Shown in pieces: positions 23,321 through 33,770 of a stretch of 64,000 bases of DNA (positions are counted from its first letter, which is position 1; each line of letters begins with the position of its first letter). Source of the DNA: an uncultured Solirubrobacterales bacterium (GTDB lineage: Bacteria; Actinomycetota; Thermoleophilia; Solirubrobacterales; 70-9). The stretch covers positions 123,642-187,641 of the forward strand of contig CAWDGR010000002.1 of NCBI GenBank assembly GCA_963801975.1, in the 5' to 3' direction. The notes beneath the pieces were generated by a model. That model did no database searches. It was not told where the DNA came from and saw only the letters and a program-made list of their open reading frames with translations. The translations under genes were made by a program, and so were the position numbers.

Positions 23321-23773
23321 ATGAAAGCGAAGTCGCCGGCAGTCTCAGTAGTCACCGCAGCCGTCGTCCTGGCCTCACTGCTCGCATTCGCACCCGGCGT
23401 CGCAGCCGGCGACCAGAGCGCCGGAACGCAGGCAGAACGTGCCAAGCGGCTTTCGGTGAAGGTCACCACAGCCGACGGCAAGCCCAGGATCAAGGTCGCC
23501 CGGGAGCTGAAGGTCCTGGTCGGTTGCTCGAAGGACTGCCGCGCCAAGGCGAAGATCAGGCTGAGCACTCCGATCAACAAGGTCAACGTCAAGGGCTCAG
23601 AACCGATGGGTGCGGGGGATGTCTGGACCACCGGGATCCGCTTGACCGGTTTCGGCCTTCGCTACCTGAAGAAGAACTATCGAGAGTCCAGACTGCGTGT
23701 TGCGATTCGGGCAAAGGACAAGGCAACGGGCAGGTTCGCGAACAAGACCCGGACCTTCCGCTTCACCCGTTAG
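23321..23773 (+). CDS. secreted hypothetical protein carrying the basic beta-rich module
   Basis: Signal peptide MKAKSPAVSVVTAAVVLASLLAFAPGVAAG, then alternating basic/hydrophobic strands (RLSVKVTT..KVLVGCSKDCRAKAKIRL...RLRVAIRAKDKATG...RTFRFTR). Confidence 0.6.
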   Translation: MKAKSPAVSVVTAAVVLASLLAFAPGVAAGDQSAGTQAERAKRLSVKVTTADGKPRIKVARELKVLVGCSKDCRAKAKIRLSTPINKVNVKGSEPMGAGDVWTTGIRLTGFGLRYLKKNYRESRLRVAIRAKDKATGRFANKTRTFRFTR

Positions 23774-23783
23774 CGGACACTCG

Positions 23784-24552
23784 TTGGTCGATACGCACTG
23801 TCATCTGAGTCGCTGTGATGGTTCCCCCGGGGAGATCGTCGGGCGGGCTTGCGAGGCCGGCGTCACCCGGTTGCTGACGGTCGGGCTCGACGAAGACGGC
23901 AACAGGGAGCAGATCGACCTCTGTGAGCGCTTCGAAGGGGTTTACGCGGCGGTCGGCAGGCACCCGAATGAAGCTGACGGCTACGACGACGCGGCGGCTG
24001 CCGACCTGCGCGAGCTCGCCGGCCACGAAAAGGTCCGGGCGATCGGCGAGACAGGCCTGGATTTCTACCGGGACACGGCCGAGCCCGAGAACCAGCGCCG
24101 GGCGTTCTCATTCGCAGATCGAAATCGCCGTCGAGACCGGGCTGCCGATCGTGATCCACATGCGTGACAGGCAGGGCAGCGACGACGCAGCAGCCGAGAC
24201 CTTCGCGATGCTTGACGAGGCGGGTGAAGGCCTGACCGTGATCCTCCACTGTTTCTCCGCTCCGCAGAGGGTCTCCCAGGCGGCCGAGCGCGGCTGGTAC
24301 TGCTCCTTCGCCGGCAACGTGACCTATCCGGCCAACGGGGATCTGCGTGAGGCGGCGGCAGTCGTTCCGGACGAGCTGATCCTGGTTGAGACCGATTCCC
24401 CCTACCTGACCCCGCAGTCGCGCCGGAGGCATCGCAACGAGCCGGCAAACGTGGTCGAGACTGCCGCCCTCGTGGCGGAGGTCCGCGGCACATCCACCGA
24501 GGCTTTCGACCGGATCGTCACCGAAAACTCCCGCCGGCTCTTCGACTGGTGA
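23784..24552 (+). pseudogene. TatD family metal-dependent hydrolase, frame break near 24100-24112
   Basis: LVDTHCHL...AVGRHPNEA...AIGETGLDFYRD...ENQRRAF lies in one frame. SHSQIEIAVETGLPIVIHMRD...ILHCFS...VETDSPYLTPQ...NEPANV continues in the next frame to the stop at 24552. The TTG start at 23784 is tentative. Confidence 0.85.
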
Positions 24553-25325
24553 GGCTCGGCCAGAACTTCCTTGCCGACCCGAACCTGCTCGAGGCGATCG
24601 TCAGGGACTCGGGTGTCGCCGCTTCCGACTGCGTACTCGAGGTCGGAGCCGGTGAAGGAGTGCTCACCGAGCGGCTTGCGGCGATCGCCGAACGGGTCCA
24701 CGTGATCGAGATCGACCGGGGCCTCGAACCAGGCCTGACCGGCACGGCGGCTCTGCCCAACGTCAACCTGATCTGGGCCGACGCGGTGCGCTTCGACCTC
24801 GGCTCGCTCGAACCTCCGCCGACCGCGATGGTCGCCAACCTGCCCTACTCGGTGGCGACCCCGGTGATCATGAGGACGATCTTCGAACTGCCTTCCCTGA
24901 ACCGCTGGACGGTCATGGTTCAGCGTGAGATCGCCGACCGTTTGAGGGCAGGGCCCGGCTCGAAAGCCTACGGTTCACCGTCAGTGCTGGCTCAGCTGAC
25001 CGGCCCGGTGAGCATGATCAGAAAGGTGAGTCGAACGGTTTTCAGGCCACCGCCCCGGGTAGATTCGGCGATCATCTCGATCGAGCGAGACGGAGCGGGT
25101 CCGGACGAGCGGGTCCGGGCGCTGGTGCGTGCGGCTTTCAGCCACCGCCGCAAGGCGCTGCCGCGCTCGATCGACATGGCCGTCCCGGGTCTTCTCGAGC
25201 CTGTCCGCGAGGCACTGGACCGGCTCGGCATCGGGACGGGGGTCAGGGCCGAACAGCTCTCGCCCCCGCAGTTCGCAGCACTTTCGGCAATGATCGACGC
25301 CCGCCCGCCGGAGACCGCTACTTGA
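24549..25325 (+). CDS. rsmA: 16S rRNA (adenine1518/1519-N6)-dimethyltransferase
   Basis: LGQNFLADPN, SAM motif VLEVGAGEGVLT, and NLPYSVATP. Confidence 0.93.
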   Translation: MRLGQNFLADPNLLEAIVRDSGVAASDCVLEVGAGEGVLTERLAAIAERVHVIEIDRGLEPGLTGTAALPNVNLIWADAVRFDLGSLEPPPTAMVANLPYSVATPVIMRTIFELPSLNRWTVMVQREIADRLRAGPGSKAYGSPSVLAQLTGPVSMIRKVSRTVFRPPPRVDSAIISIERDGAGPDERVRALVRAAFSHRRKALPRSIDMAVPGLLEPVREALDRLGIGTGVRAEQLSPPQFAALSAMIDARPPETAT

Positions 25326-26116
25326 GCACCCACAGAGCGCCAGCCAAACTCAACCTCTGCCTCTATCTGGGACGGCGACGGCCGGACGGCTACCACGACC
25401 TGGCGTCGATCTTCGAGCCGCTCTCGCTCCACGACCTGCTCGAGGTGAGTCCGGCCGGGCGCGACGAGGTGGTCTGCGAGTCGGTTCCCGGCGACAACCT
25501 CGCCGCCCGGGCGCTGCGCCTGCTGCGCTCCGAGGGCTGGTCGGGCGAACCGGTCAGGATCGAGATCGAGAAGCGGATACCGGTGGCCGCGGGGCTCGGG
25601 GGCGGCAGCGCGGATGCCGCTGCGGTGCTCAGGCTTGCCGGCGGTCAGGTCGAAGACCTGGCCGGGATCGCCGGACTGATCGGCGCCGATGTTCCGTCCC
25701 AGATCGACCCCATGACCTGCCTCGTTGAAGGCATCGGACAACGACTGACCTCCTTGCCCGAGCCGGCCGAGCACTGGGTGGTCCTGGTTCCCTTCGAGGG
25801 CGGGCTTTCGACGGCCGATGTCTTCAACGAGGCGGACCGGCTCGGAGCCGGCCGTCCGGTCGAGGAACTGGCGGAGATCGCGGGCCGCCTCTGGGCTGTC
25901 GCCAGCAACGGCGTTTCGCCACTGGCGTACCCGAGCCTGCTGAGGAATGATCTGGAGCCCGCGGCGATGTCGCTGAAGCCCGGGATCGGCAAGGCGATGG
26001 AGCGTCTGACCCTGGCCGGCGCCGGCTTCGTCGGGATGACGGGAAGCGGCCCGACCGTATTCGGAATCTGCCCGGACCGTGAGGCCGCCGAGTCGGTGGC
26101 CGAGCGAAGTGGGTGA
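25322..26116 (+). CDS. ispE: 4-(cytidine 5'-diphospho)-2-C-methyl-D-erythritol kinase
   Basis: APAKLNLCLYLG.RR.DGYH, the GHMP motif IPVAAGLGGGSADAAA, and MTGSGPTVFG. It follows rsmA, as is typical in actinobacteria. Confidence 0.9.
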   Translation: MSTHRAPAKLNLCLYLGRRRPDGYHDLASIFEPLSLHDLLEVSPAGRDEVVCESVPGDNLAARALRLLRSEGWSGEPVRIEIEKRIPVAAGLGGGSADAAAVLRLAGGQVEDLAGIAGLIGADVPSQIDPMTCLVEGIGQRLTSLPEPAEHWVVLVPFEGGLSTADVFNEADRLGAGRPVEELAEIAGRLWAVASNGVSPLAYPSLLRNDLEPAAMSLKPGIGKAMERLTLAGAGFVGMTGSGPTVFGICPDREAAESVAERSG

Positions 26117-26128
26117 CGAGGCGATCGT

Positions 26129-27622
26129 ATGCCGGGGAGGCGTAGGGCTTTGAGGCTGCCGGAGTCGCGCCGCGGCAAGCTGATTGCGCTGGCCGGCCTC
26201 GCGGTCGCGGGGCTCGTGCTCTACCTGCTCTACCAGCGCTTCTTCCCGGAGTTCGATCTGCAGCAGTTGCTGGACGACTTCGCCAACCTGCTCGGCGACT
26301 GGACCTACCTCATCGTCGGCCTGCTGGCCTTCCTCGAAACGGGCGCCTTCGTAGGCCTGCTGGTCCCGGGAGAGACGGCGATGATCGTCGGCGGCGCCGT
26401 CGCCGGCCTCGGTGTGATCAACCTCTACCTGCTGATCGCCATCGCCTGGTCCATGGCATTCCTCGGTGACAGTTTCAGCTTCATGCTCGGGCGAAAGCTG
26501 GGGCGCGGCTTCGTCCTGCGACACGGGAGCAAGGTCGGCATCACGCAGCAGCGGTTCGAAGGGGTCGAGGAGTATTTCGACCGGCATGGCGGCAAGACCG
26601 TGCTGATCGGCCGCTTCGTCGGCATCGTGCGTGCCCTCGCTCCTTTCGTTGCGGGTACCTCGGGAATGGGCTACCGCGCTTTCGCCCCTTACAGCATCCT
26701 CGGCGCCGGGCTGCAGGTGACCAGCAACATCCTGCTCGGCTACGTCTTCGCCCGCAGCATTGATTCCGCGGCCGAATACGCCGGCCTGGCAGCGGTCGTC
26801 ATCGGCACCGTGATCGCGGTCACGGTCGGCGCGGTGGTCGGCTTCCGCTTCTTCAGGGTTGCCGAGAACCGGGCAGCCACGGTCAGGTGGATGGACGAGC
26901 ATCGTCTGACCAGGCCGCTCACGGGACTGGGCCGCAGGCTGAGGCCGCAGTTCCGTTTTCTGGCAGACCGGCTGACCCCGGGGGGCAGCTTCGGCCTCGA
27001 ATTCACCACGCTGGCCGCGATACTCGCCGTCTCGTCATTCGTATTCATCGCCCTCGCGAACGTCTTCAGCGGTGACCCGGGTCCGACGCCAGGAGACCTC
27101 GAAGCCTTCGACATCGTCGCCGCGATACGTACCGAGTGGCTCGACGATTTTTCGAAGCTGTTCACCTGGCTCGGCTCTTCGGCCTTTCTGGCCCCGGTCG
27201 TCGCGGTCACGGCGACCGTGCTCGCTGTCAACCGCCGGTGGAACGATTTCGCGATTCTGCTGCTCGCCTCGGTGACCATCGTGATCGCGGTCGACGTATT
27301 CAAGGAGGAGATCGCCCGTCCGCGTCCCGAAGGCGGACTGGTCAGCGTCAGCAGCCTCTCGTTCCCGAGCGGCCACGCGGCCTACTCGGTCTTCTATACG
27401 TGGCTGGCGGTCACGATCGCGGTCCGGATCCGACCCGACATGGCCCGAGGCACTGCTCTGGTGCTTTCCGGCATCGCTCTGACCGCTCTGGTCGGCCTGA
27501 GCCGGGTCTACCTCGGCGTGCACTACCTCAGCGACGTCACTTCGGGCTGGGCTCTGGGCGCCTTCTTCTTCGCTTTCTACGCAGCCGGGGCCCTGATCGT
27601 CGCCCAGTTGCGCCAGAATTGA
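26129..27622 (+). CDS. bifunctional DedA-family / PAP2 phosphatase membrane protein
   Basis: The N-terminal half is DedA-like (LETGAFVGLLVPGETAMIVGG...GRFVGIVRALAPFVAG). The C-terminal half carries PAP2 motifs (KEEIARPRP...SFPSGHAAYS...SRVYLGVHYLSDV). Confidence 0.85.
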   Translation: MPGRRRALRLPESRRGKLIALAGLAVAGLVLYLLYQRFFPEFDLQQLLDDFANLLGDWTYLIVGLLAFLETGAFVGLLVPGETAMIVGGAVAGLGVINLYLLIAIAWSMAFLGDSFSFMLGRKLGRGFVLRHGSKVGITQQRFEGVEEYFDRHGGKTVLIGRFVGIVRALAPFVAGTSGMGYRAFAPYSILGAGLQVTSNILLGYVFARSIDSAAEYAGLAAVVIGTVIAVTVGAVVGFRFFRVAENRAATVRWMDEHRLTRPLTGLGRRLRPQFRFLADRLTPGGSFGLEFTTLAAILAVSSFVFIALANVFSGDPGPTPGDLEAFDIVAAIRTEWLDDFSKLFTWLGSSAFLAPVVAVTATVLAVNRRWNDFAILLLASVTIVIAVDVFKEEIARPRPEGGLVSVSSLSFPSGHAAYSVFYTWLAVTIAVRIRPDMARGTALVLSGIALTALVGLSRVYLGVHYLSDVTSGWALGAFFFAFYAAGALIVAQLRQN

Positions 27623-27626
27623 CGGG

Positions 27627-27875
27627 ATGCTCACCGGGGTTTCAACCAACGCTGTCTTTTTCGGCGCCGCGACGCTGATCAGTCTGGCCGCCTATATCGG
27701 CCTGATCCTGATCCCGGCGCTGAGCGCCTACGGCCGCTGGCCCGAGAAGTTCGCGGCCGGATTCCTTTCCCTTTTCATCTTCGGGACGCTGGTCACCATC
27801 GGCGTCGTCGGCGGCCTTGCCTACGTCTTCTTCTCGAACGACATATCCGGCATCTTCCCCTGGTCCAGCGGGTGA
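27627..27875 (+). CDS. small two-TM membrane protein, hypothetical
   Basis: 82 aa with two hydrophobic segments and high GC3. Its stop overlaps the next gene's start (GTGA). Confidence 0.5.
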   Translation: MLTGVSTNAVFFGAATLISLAAYIGLILIPALSAYGRWPEKFAAGFLSLFIFGTLVTIGVVGGLAYVFFSNDISGIFPWSSG

Positions 27876-29044
27876 GTCCCGCCGCGGCCAAGAAGGCAAA
27901 GGGGCCGGTTGCCCTCGCCGCTCCGGTCCTGGCCGGGCGCGGGCTGCCGGGGCTGGCCCGGGCGGCCGCCGACGCCCTGGCTATGCCGGTCGCCTTCCTC
28001 GACCGGTCGGGAATAGTCCTGGCGGTCGGCGGTGCAACCCGTGACCAGGAGAAGCGGCTGACCGGAACCGGAGAGGGGGTCTCCACCCACGATCTCGCGA
28101 TCGGTGACGAAAAGGTCGGCGAGGTCCGCTACCTCGGAGATGAAGCCGACGAAACGGTGGTCGAGATCCTCAGGGCGCTGGCCGCGCTGGAGGTCGAACG
28201 GGCGCGCTCCGCCGAATGGGGTAACGAGAGCGCGGTGACCGAACTGGTCGCCGGTCTGCTCGACGGCTCCCTCACCGATGCCGACGCTCTGGCGGCCGCC
28301 GCCTCGGAGGCCGGCTGTGACGTTTCACGTGGCGGCGGGGTACTGATGGTCAAGGCCCATTCGGGGTCGGCCCGCGAAGGGGACTGGTGGTCCCGGGTGG
28401 TCGACCTGACGGTGCGAACGATCCGCGCGGTCGCACCGGGTTCGGTTGCCGCGATGGGCGAGGTCGAGCAGGGTCCGATCGTCGCCGTGATCGTGCCGGC
28501 CGGGGATGAAGACAAGCTGCTGAAGGTCGAGGAAGCCCTCGAACGCGAGCTGCCACGATCACTGAGCGGCCTGGCTGTGACGATTTCGAGATCCCGCTAC
28601 GCAACCGGGGCGGAGGAGTTCGAGCGCGCCGCGAGGGAGGCCCATCTGGCCCTCAACGTGGGCGAGGCCGAGGGCCGTTCGCCGATCGCCTTCGAGGACA
28701 CGGGCGCCTACCGGCTTCTGCTGGGCACCACGAGCGAGGAACTCCACAGCTTCTACTCGGAGACGGTGGAGCCACTGGTCGCATACGACGATCAGTACGA
28801 GACCGACCTGGTCGCCACTGTGGAGGCCTACCTCGACAGTGATGCCAACGTGCCGGCCACCGCGAAGAAGATGTTCACCCATCGCCACACGATCCGCTAC
28901 CGGCTCGAGCGCATCCGGGACCTGAGCGGCCACGATGCCACTGCCACCGAAGGTCGCGAACGGCTGGGGCTGGGCATCAAGGCCATGCGGGTCCTCGGGA
29001 TCGCCTCGCCGCGCGGCCGCTCCCGGGAGCGCAAGACCGGCTGA
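27872..29044 (+). CDS. PucR/CdaR-family transcriptional regulator
   Basis: C-terminal PucR-type HTH (TAKKMFTHRHTIRYRLERIRDLSG) after a GGDEF-like/ligand-binding-like middle region. Confidence 0.8.
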   Translation: MSPAAAKKAKGPVALAAPVLAGRGLPGLARAAADALAMPVAFLDRSGIVLAVGGATRDQEKRLTGTGEGVSTHDLAIGDEKVGEVRYLGDEADETVVEILRALAALEVERARSAEWGNESAVTELVAGLLDGSLTDADALAAAASEAGCDVSRGGGVLMVKAHSGSAREGDWWSRVVDLTVRTIRAVAPGSVAAMGEVEQGPIVAVIVPAGDEDKLLKVEEALERELPRSLSGLAVTISRSRYATGAEEFERAAREAHLALNVGEAEGRSPIAFEDTGAYRLLLGTTSEELHSFYSETVEPLVAYDDQYETDLVATVEAYLDSDANVPATAKKMFTHRHTIRYRLERIRDLSGHDATATEGRERLGLGIKAMRVLGIASPRGRSRERKTG

Positions 29045-29124
29045 GGTTGCAGCTCGCGGCGGCGCGATGCCCGGCGGGGCAGGTGAGGGATTGCCACCAC
29101 GGCCGGTTCCTGCCCGATTAAGCG

Positions 29125-29155
29125 CAGAACCCCCGCCGGGCCGGCGGGGGTTCTG
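29125..29155. terminator. bidirectional GC-rich hairpin between convergent genes
   Basis: CAGAACCCCCGCCGG/GCCGGCGGGGGTTCTG is a near-perfect palindrome between the PucR-family gene (+) and the hydrolase gene (-). Confidence 0.55.
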
Positions 29156-29181
29156 GTGAATCCGTGGTCGGGCCTACCGGC

Positions 29182-31514
29182 CTACTTGATCTTGCCGGTC
29201 CGCTTGACCGTGATGCTGCCGGACTTCTTTCCGTTGATCAGCACCTTGGCCTTCAGCTTCTTCTTCTGCTTCTTGCTGCCCTTCTTCTTGAAGAGCTTGC
29301 GGCCCTTGCCGGTCATCTTCAGCTTGACCGTCTTTGTCTTGCCGGGGTCGTCTTGATGTTCTTGCCCTTGGCGAGGTCTGCCCTTGGCCTTGAGGACCAC
29401 CTTGGCCTTGCTGCATGAGTCGGCTGAAGCCGCGCAGGTGATCTTCACCTGATCGTCTTGCCCTTGCCCTTGCCTCTTGGCGTTGCCGACGTCGGGTCTT
29501 CGGGTTGTGGCGGCGTCGTCCCGGTCGTACCCTGGACAGGGCGGTTCGACTTCGTCGCGTACTCGCCGATGGTCTGGGAGCCGATCGCGTCGTAGCCGGG
29601 GGCCAGAGCCGCGCCGGCCCGGTCCGGCAGGACCTTCGAGGCCGGCGTCATGACCAGGCCGCCGAGCGAACCCGGCGCTTCGACCACGGGAATCCGCAGC
29701 TCCAGCTTGGAAACGGTCACTTCCTGCTGGTCGTTCGAGGTCCTCGCGTAGTTGCTGAGGAAGCCGGGGGTCGGGTCCGGTCGAGTCCCGGCCGAGCAGC
29801 TCCAGCCTCAGGCTGTGGCCCTCTTCGACCTTCCATGCTCCGGGATGGAGCTGGAAGACCTGGAAGCCGGAGGCGTCCGGACGCCAGGTTCCCCTGGCGA
29901 CCAGCGTCTTGTTGCCGGCACCGTCGAGATCGACCAGCCTCGCCGCGATCTGCGAGTCCGGCCCGTTGGCGACCGAGATCTTCGCGATGCACCGTCGCCG
30001 AGCCCATCACGGTGTATCCGCCGGCCGGAGCCGGATCCGTGTCGTAGCTGGCCGAGCCGGGCTCGACCGCGTCGGATGCCGTCGAGCAGGCGTTGCCGGC
30101 ACCGAGCGGATTGAACGTCGCGGCAATGGCGCGGTCCCCGCTGTCGGGTGCCGATCGTCTTGGCCGACTTCGTCCTTCAGCACGATCTCGCCCGGGGCGA
30201 GCGAGGCCCAGTCGTCGGCCGTGAACGGGCCGCCGCCGTCGGTGCCGTTCGGGCAGGTCTGCGTGTAGGCGACCACGTTGCTGGCCGGGGCGGGACCGAT
30301 ATCCATCATGTAGTGGTCGATCCATGCCTCTTCGAGGTCCCGCAGCTCACCGAGCACGTTGGCCTGGTTCTGGCCGCGGTCGTGGCCGAAGGAGCCGGCG
30401 AAGATGCTCATCGGCGTATTCGGGTAGTTGGCCTTCGTGCGGTTGTAGTAGCGGATCACTTCATCGACGGGGAAGAGGTCGTCGGTGAAGCCGCTCGACA
30501 TCAGCAACGGCGCCGGGGCCTGGCTGCTGTCGACGTAGTAGGAGGAGTGGTAGTTGGTGATCTCTTCGATCATCGCGTCGTAGCCGGCGCCCGATACGGC
30601 TCACCCGCGTCCAGGATCGCCCTCCAGGTGGCGAGGTCGGCGCTGGGGTCGGTACCGATCGGTGCGACTCTTGCCGAGAGGTACAGGCCCTGGACGTAGG
30701 ACTCCTTCATGATGCCGCCCTTGCCGTTGAAGCTGCCGTCCTCGAGGTAGTCGAGGGTGTCGCCGTTGGGCGCCAGCGACTGGATCAGGTCGGTCCAGGG
30801 GATGTTCGGCGTGGCGACCGCTGTTTCCATCGGCGTGCCGTCGGGACTCGTCCACGGGACGAGGCTGCCATTGAGCATCATCATGCGGTTCTTGAGGACG
30901 GCGAAGTGCATCGACTCGCTGCCTCCGTACGAACCGCCGGTGGCGGCGATCTTGTCGGGTTCGACCACGCCGTCATCGACGAGGCTGCCCGAGGAAGGTC
31001 TGGGCGTCGCGGATCTCGTAGCGCGGGTCCATCAGGCGCACGTAGCCGGTGTCGCAGCTGGCACCGCCGGCTGCGATCGAGGCCGGCGCTGCGGCAGGAT
31101 TCGCCGCTGCCGCGGTTGGTCAGGGTGAAGACTGCGTAGCCCTTGTTCAGCCAGCGCTGCATGTTGCTGCTGCTGAAGCTCGTCTTGCTGCCGCCATAGC
31201 CATGGTAGGTGCCGACGACCGGGAAGGGACCGTCGGACGGCCCCGGGGGGAATGCGACGTTGACGTCGAGCGGCACGCCGTCGAAGGTCGTGACCGTGCT
31301 GCGGTCGTGTCGGTAGCGCGCCGACTCCGCCGGAAGTGATCGAGCCGGGGACCGAACCGCACCAGCGCTGGCCGGTCGAGCCGGCGACGTTGCCGTCGGA
31401 GGTGACCGTGGCACAGGTCAGGTCACCACCCATGACGTCGGTGATTTCGGCGCTTGCCGAAGGGGCGAATACAAGGGCTGCCGCGGTGGCGACCATGACT
31501 GCGAGCTTGCGCAT
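29182..31514 (-). pseudogene. secreted CocE/NonD (X-Pro dipeptidyl-peptidase S15) family alpha/beta hydrolase with basic C-terminal module, at least 8 frame breaks
   Basis: Signal peptide MRKLAVMVATAAALVFAPSASA (ATG 31514). Family blocks FDGVPLDVNVAFPP...GTYHGYGGSK...NKGYAVFTLTNRGSGES, the nucleophile motif ATGGSYGG, SSGFTDDLFP, and a C-terminal beta-sandwich (RLVDLDGAGNKTLVARGTWRP...FQLHPGAWKVEEGHSLRLEL). The Lys-rich tail ends at 29182. The blocks are distributed over seven listed ORFs in all three frames. Confidence 0.75.
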
Positions 31515-31618
31515 GAAGTGCTGCTTCCTCTCCTCGTTTGCAAGGGCGGCCTCCCCGCCCTTCGCTGAACAATACAAACCCAATACAGCTGACTTGTTGC
31601 GGCGAACCGCCCGCACCA

Positions 31619-31691
31619 CTCCGGGGGGAGGACTCGAACCTCCATTACCGGGACCAAAACCCGGTGGGTTGGCCAGTTACCCCACCCCGGA
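31619..31691 (-). tRNA. tRNA-Gln (anticodon UUG)
   Basis: Hand-folded cloverleaf: acceptor TCCGGGG/CCCCGGA (U1:A72, G73, as in bacterial tRNA-Gln), D stem GGGT/ACCC, anticodon stem CCGGG/CCCGG with loop TTTTGGT, and T arm GGAGG-TTCGAGT-CCTCC. CCA is not encoded. Confidence 0.9.
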
Positions 31692-31703
31692 ACGGACCGC
31701 TGA

Positions 31704-32336
<633 letters not shown>

Positions 32337-32375
32337 CGGAGGGTTCCCGGCTTGGCCATCGGCGCAACAGATTCC

Positions 32376-33770
32376 ATGAGTACCACGGCACTGATCATGG
32401 CGGCGGGACAAGGGACCCGGATGAAGTCTTCGCTGCCGAAGGTGCTGCACCCGGTCTGCGGCCGGGCGATGATCGCCTGGCCCGTGCTTGCCGCACGCGA
32501 AGCCGGAATCACGCGGGTCGCGGTCGTCGTTTCGCCCGGATCGGATCTCGATTCGACTCTGCCGGAAGGAGTCGAGACCGTGGTACAGCCCGAGTCCGAC
32601 GGAACCGGCGGCGCCGTGAGGGCCGCGATCGAGGTTGTCCGCGAGTCGGATGAAGTGCTCGTGCTCTCGGGCGACGTACCGCTCGTATCGACCGAGGAAA
32701 TCGCTTCGCTGCTCGAAGAGCACCGAGGCAGCGGAGCGGCTGCGACGGTTATGACCGCGGTCCTCGACGACCCGGGTTCCTACGGCCGGGTGGTGAGGGG
32801 CGAAGGCGGCGGGATCGAGAAGATCGTGGAGGCAAAGGCGGCCGGCGATGCGACCCCGGAGGAACTGGAGATCCGCGAGATCAATTCCGGCATCTACTGT
32901 TTCCGCGGCGGGCCGCTGGCGGAGGCGCTCGGCCGGATCAGCAACAGCAACGCCCAGAACGAGTTCTACCTGCCCGACGTGCTGCCGGTTCTCAAGGACC
33001 AGGGCCTCAGCGTCGCCGCCCACGTCGCTGACGACCCCGCGGTCAACCTCGGCGTGAACAACCGCGCCGACCTCGCCGTGGTCGAGGCCGAGGCCCGGCG
33101 GCGCATCCTGCGCCGGCACATGTTGAACGGGGTGACGATCGTCGATCCCGCCTCGACCTGGATCGACGCCGACGTTACGATCGGACCGGATACCCGGGTC
33201 GAACCGGGAACCAGCCTGCGAGGCGCGACCGAGATCGGCTCCGGCGCGCTGATCGGTCCGCACTCGACGATCACCGACTGCGGCATCGGCGATCGCTCCC
33301 AGGTCGTCCACTCGATGCTCACCCTGTGCGAAGTCCTCGAGGACTGCCTGGTCGGCCCGTTTTCCTATCTGCGGCCCGGAGCCCGTCTGGAGGACGGCGC
33401 CAAGGCAGGCACCTTCGTCGAGGTCAAGAACTCGACCGTCGGCCCGGGCGCGAAGGTCCCTCACCTTTCCTACGTAGGCGATGCCGAGATCGGCGAAGGT
33501 GCCAACCTGGGCGCAGGCACGATCACCGCCAACTACGACGGAACCCGCAAGCACCGCACTGTTGTCGGTCCGGGTGCGCGGATCGGGGTTGACACGATGC
33601 TGGTCGCTCCGGTAAACGTTGGCGAAGGTGCTTATACCGGTGCCGGCGCCGTAATCAGGGAAGATGTGCCGGCCCGGGCCCTCGCTGTGAGCCGGGGCGA
33701 TCAGAGAAACATCTACGAATATGCTGAGCGCAGGAAGGCGCGCGAAGCAGAAGGGGACCAGAAGTCGTGA
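32376..33770 (+). CDS. glmU: bifunctional UDP-N-acetylglucosamine diphosphorylase / glucosamine-1-phosphate N-acetyltransferase
   Basis: LIMAAGQGTRMKSSLPKVLHPVCG, followed by left-handed beta-helix hexapeptide repeats and NYDG..KH.T.VG. Confidence 0.96.
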   Translation: MSTTALIMAAGQGTRMKSSLPKVLHPVCGRAMIAWPVLAAREAGITRVAVVVSPGSDLDSTLPEGVETVVQPESDGTGGAVRAAIEVVRESDEVLVLSGDVPLVSTEEIASLLEEHRGSGAAATVMTAVLDDPGSYGRVVRGEGGGIEKIVEAKAAGDATPEELEIREINSGIYCFRGGPLAEALGRISNSNAQNEFYLPDVLPVLKDQGLSVAAHVADDPAVNLGVNNRADLAVVEAEARRRILRRHMLNGVTIVDPASTWIDADVTIGPDTRVEPGTSLRGATEIGSGALIGPHSTITDCGIGDRSQVVHSMLTLCEVLEDCLVGPFSYLRPGARLEDGAKAGTFVEVKNSTVGPGAKVPHLSYVGDAEIGEGANLGAGTITANYDGTRKHRTVVGPGARIGVDTMLVAPVNVGEGAYTGAGAVIREDVPARALAVSRGDQRNIYEYAERRKAREAEGDQKS

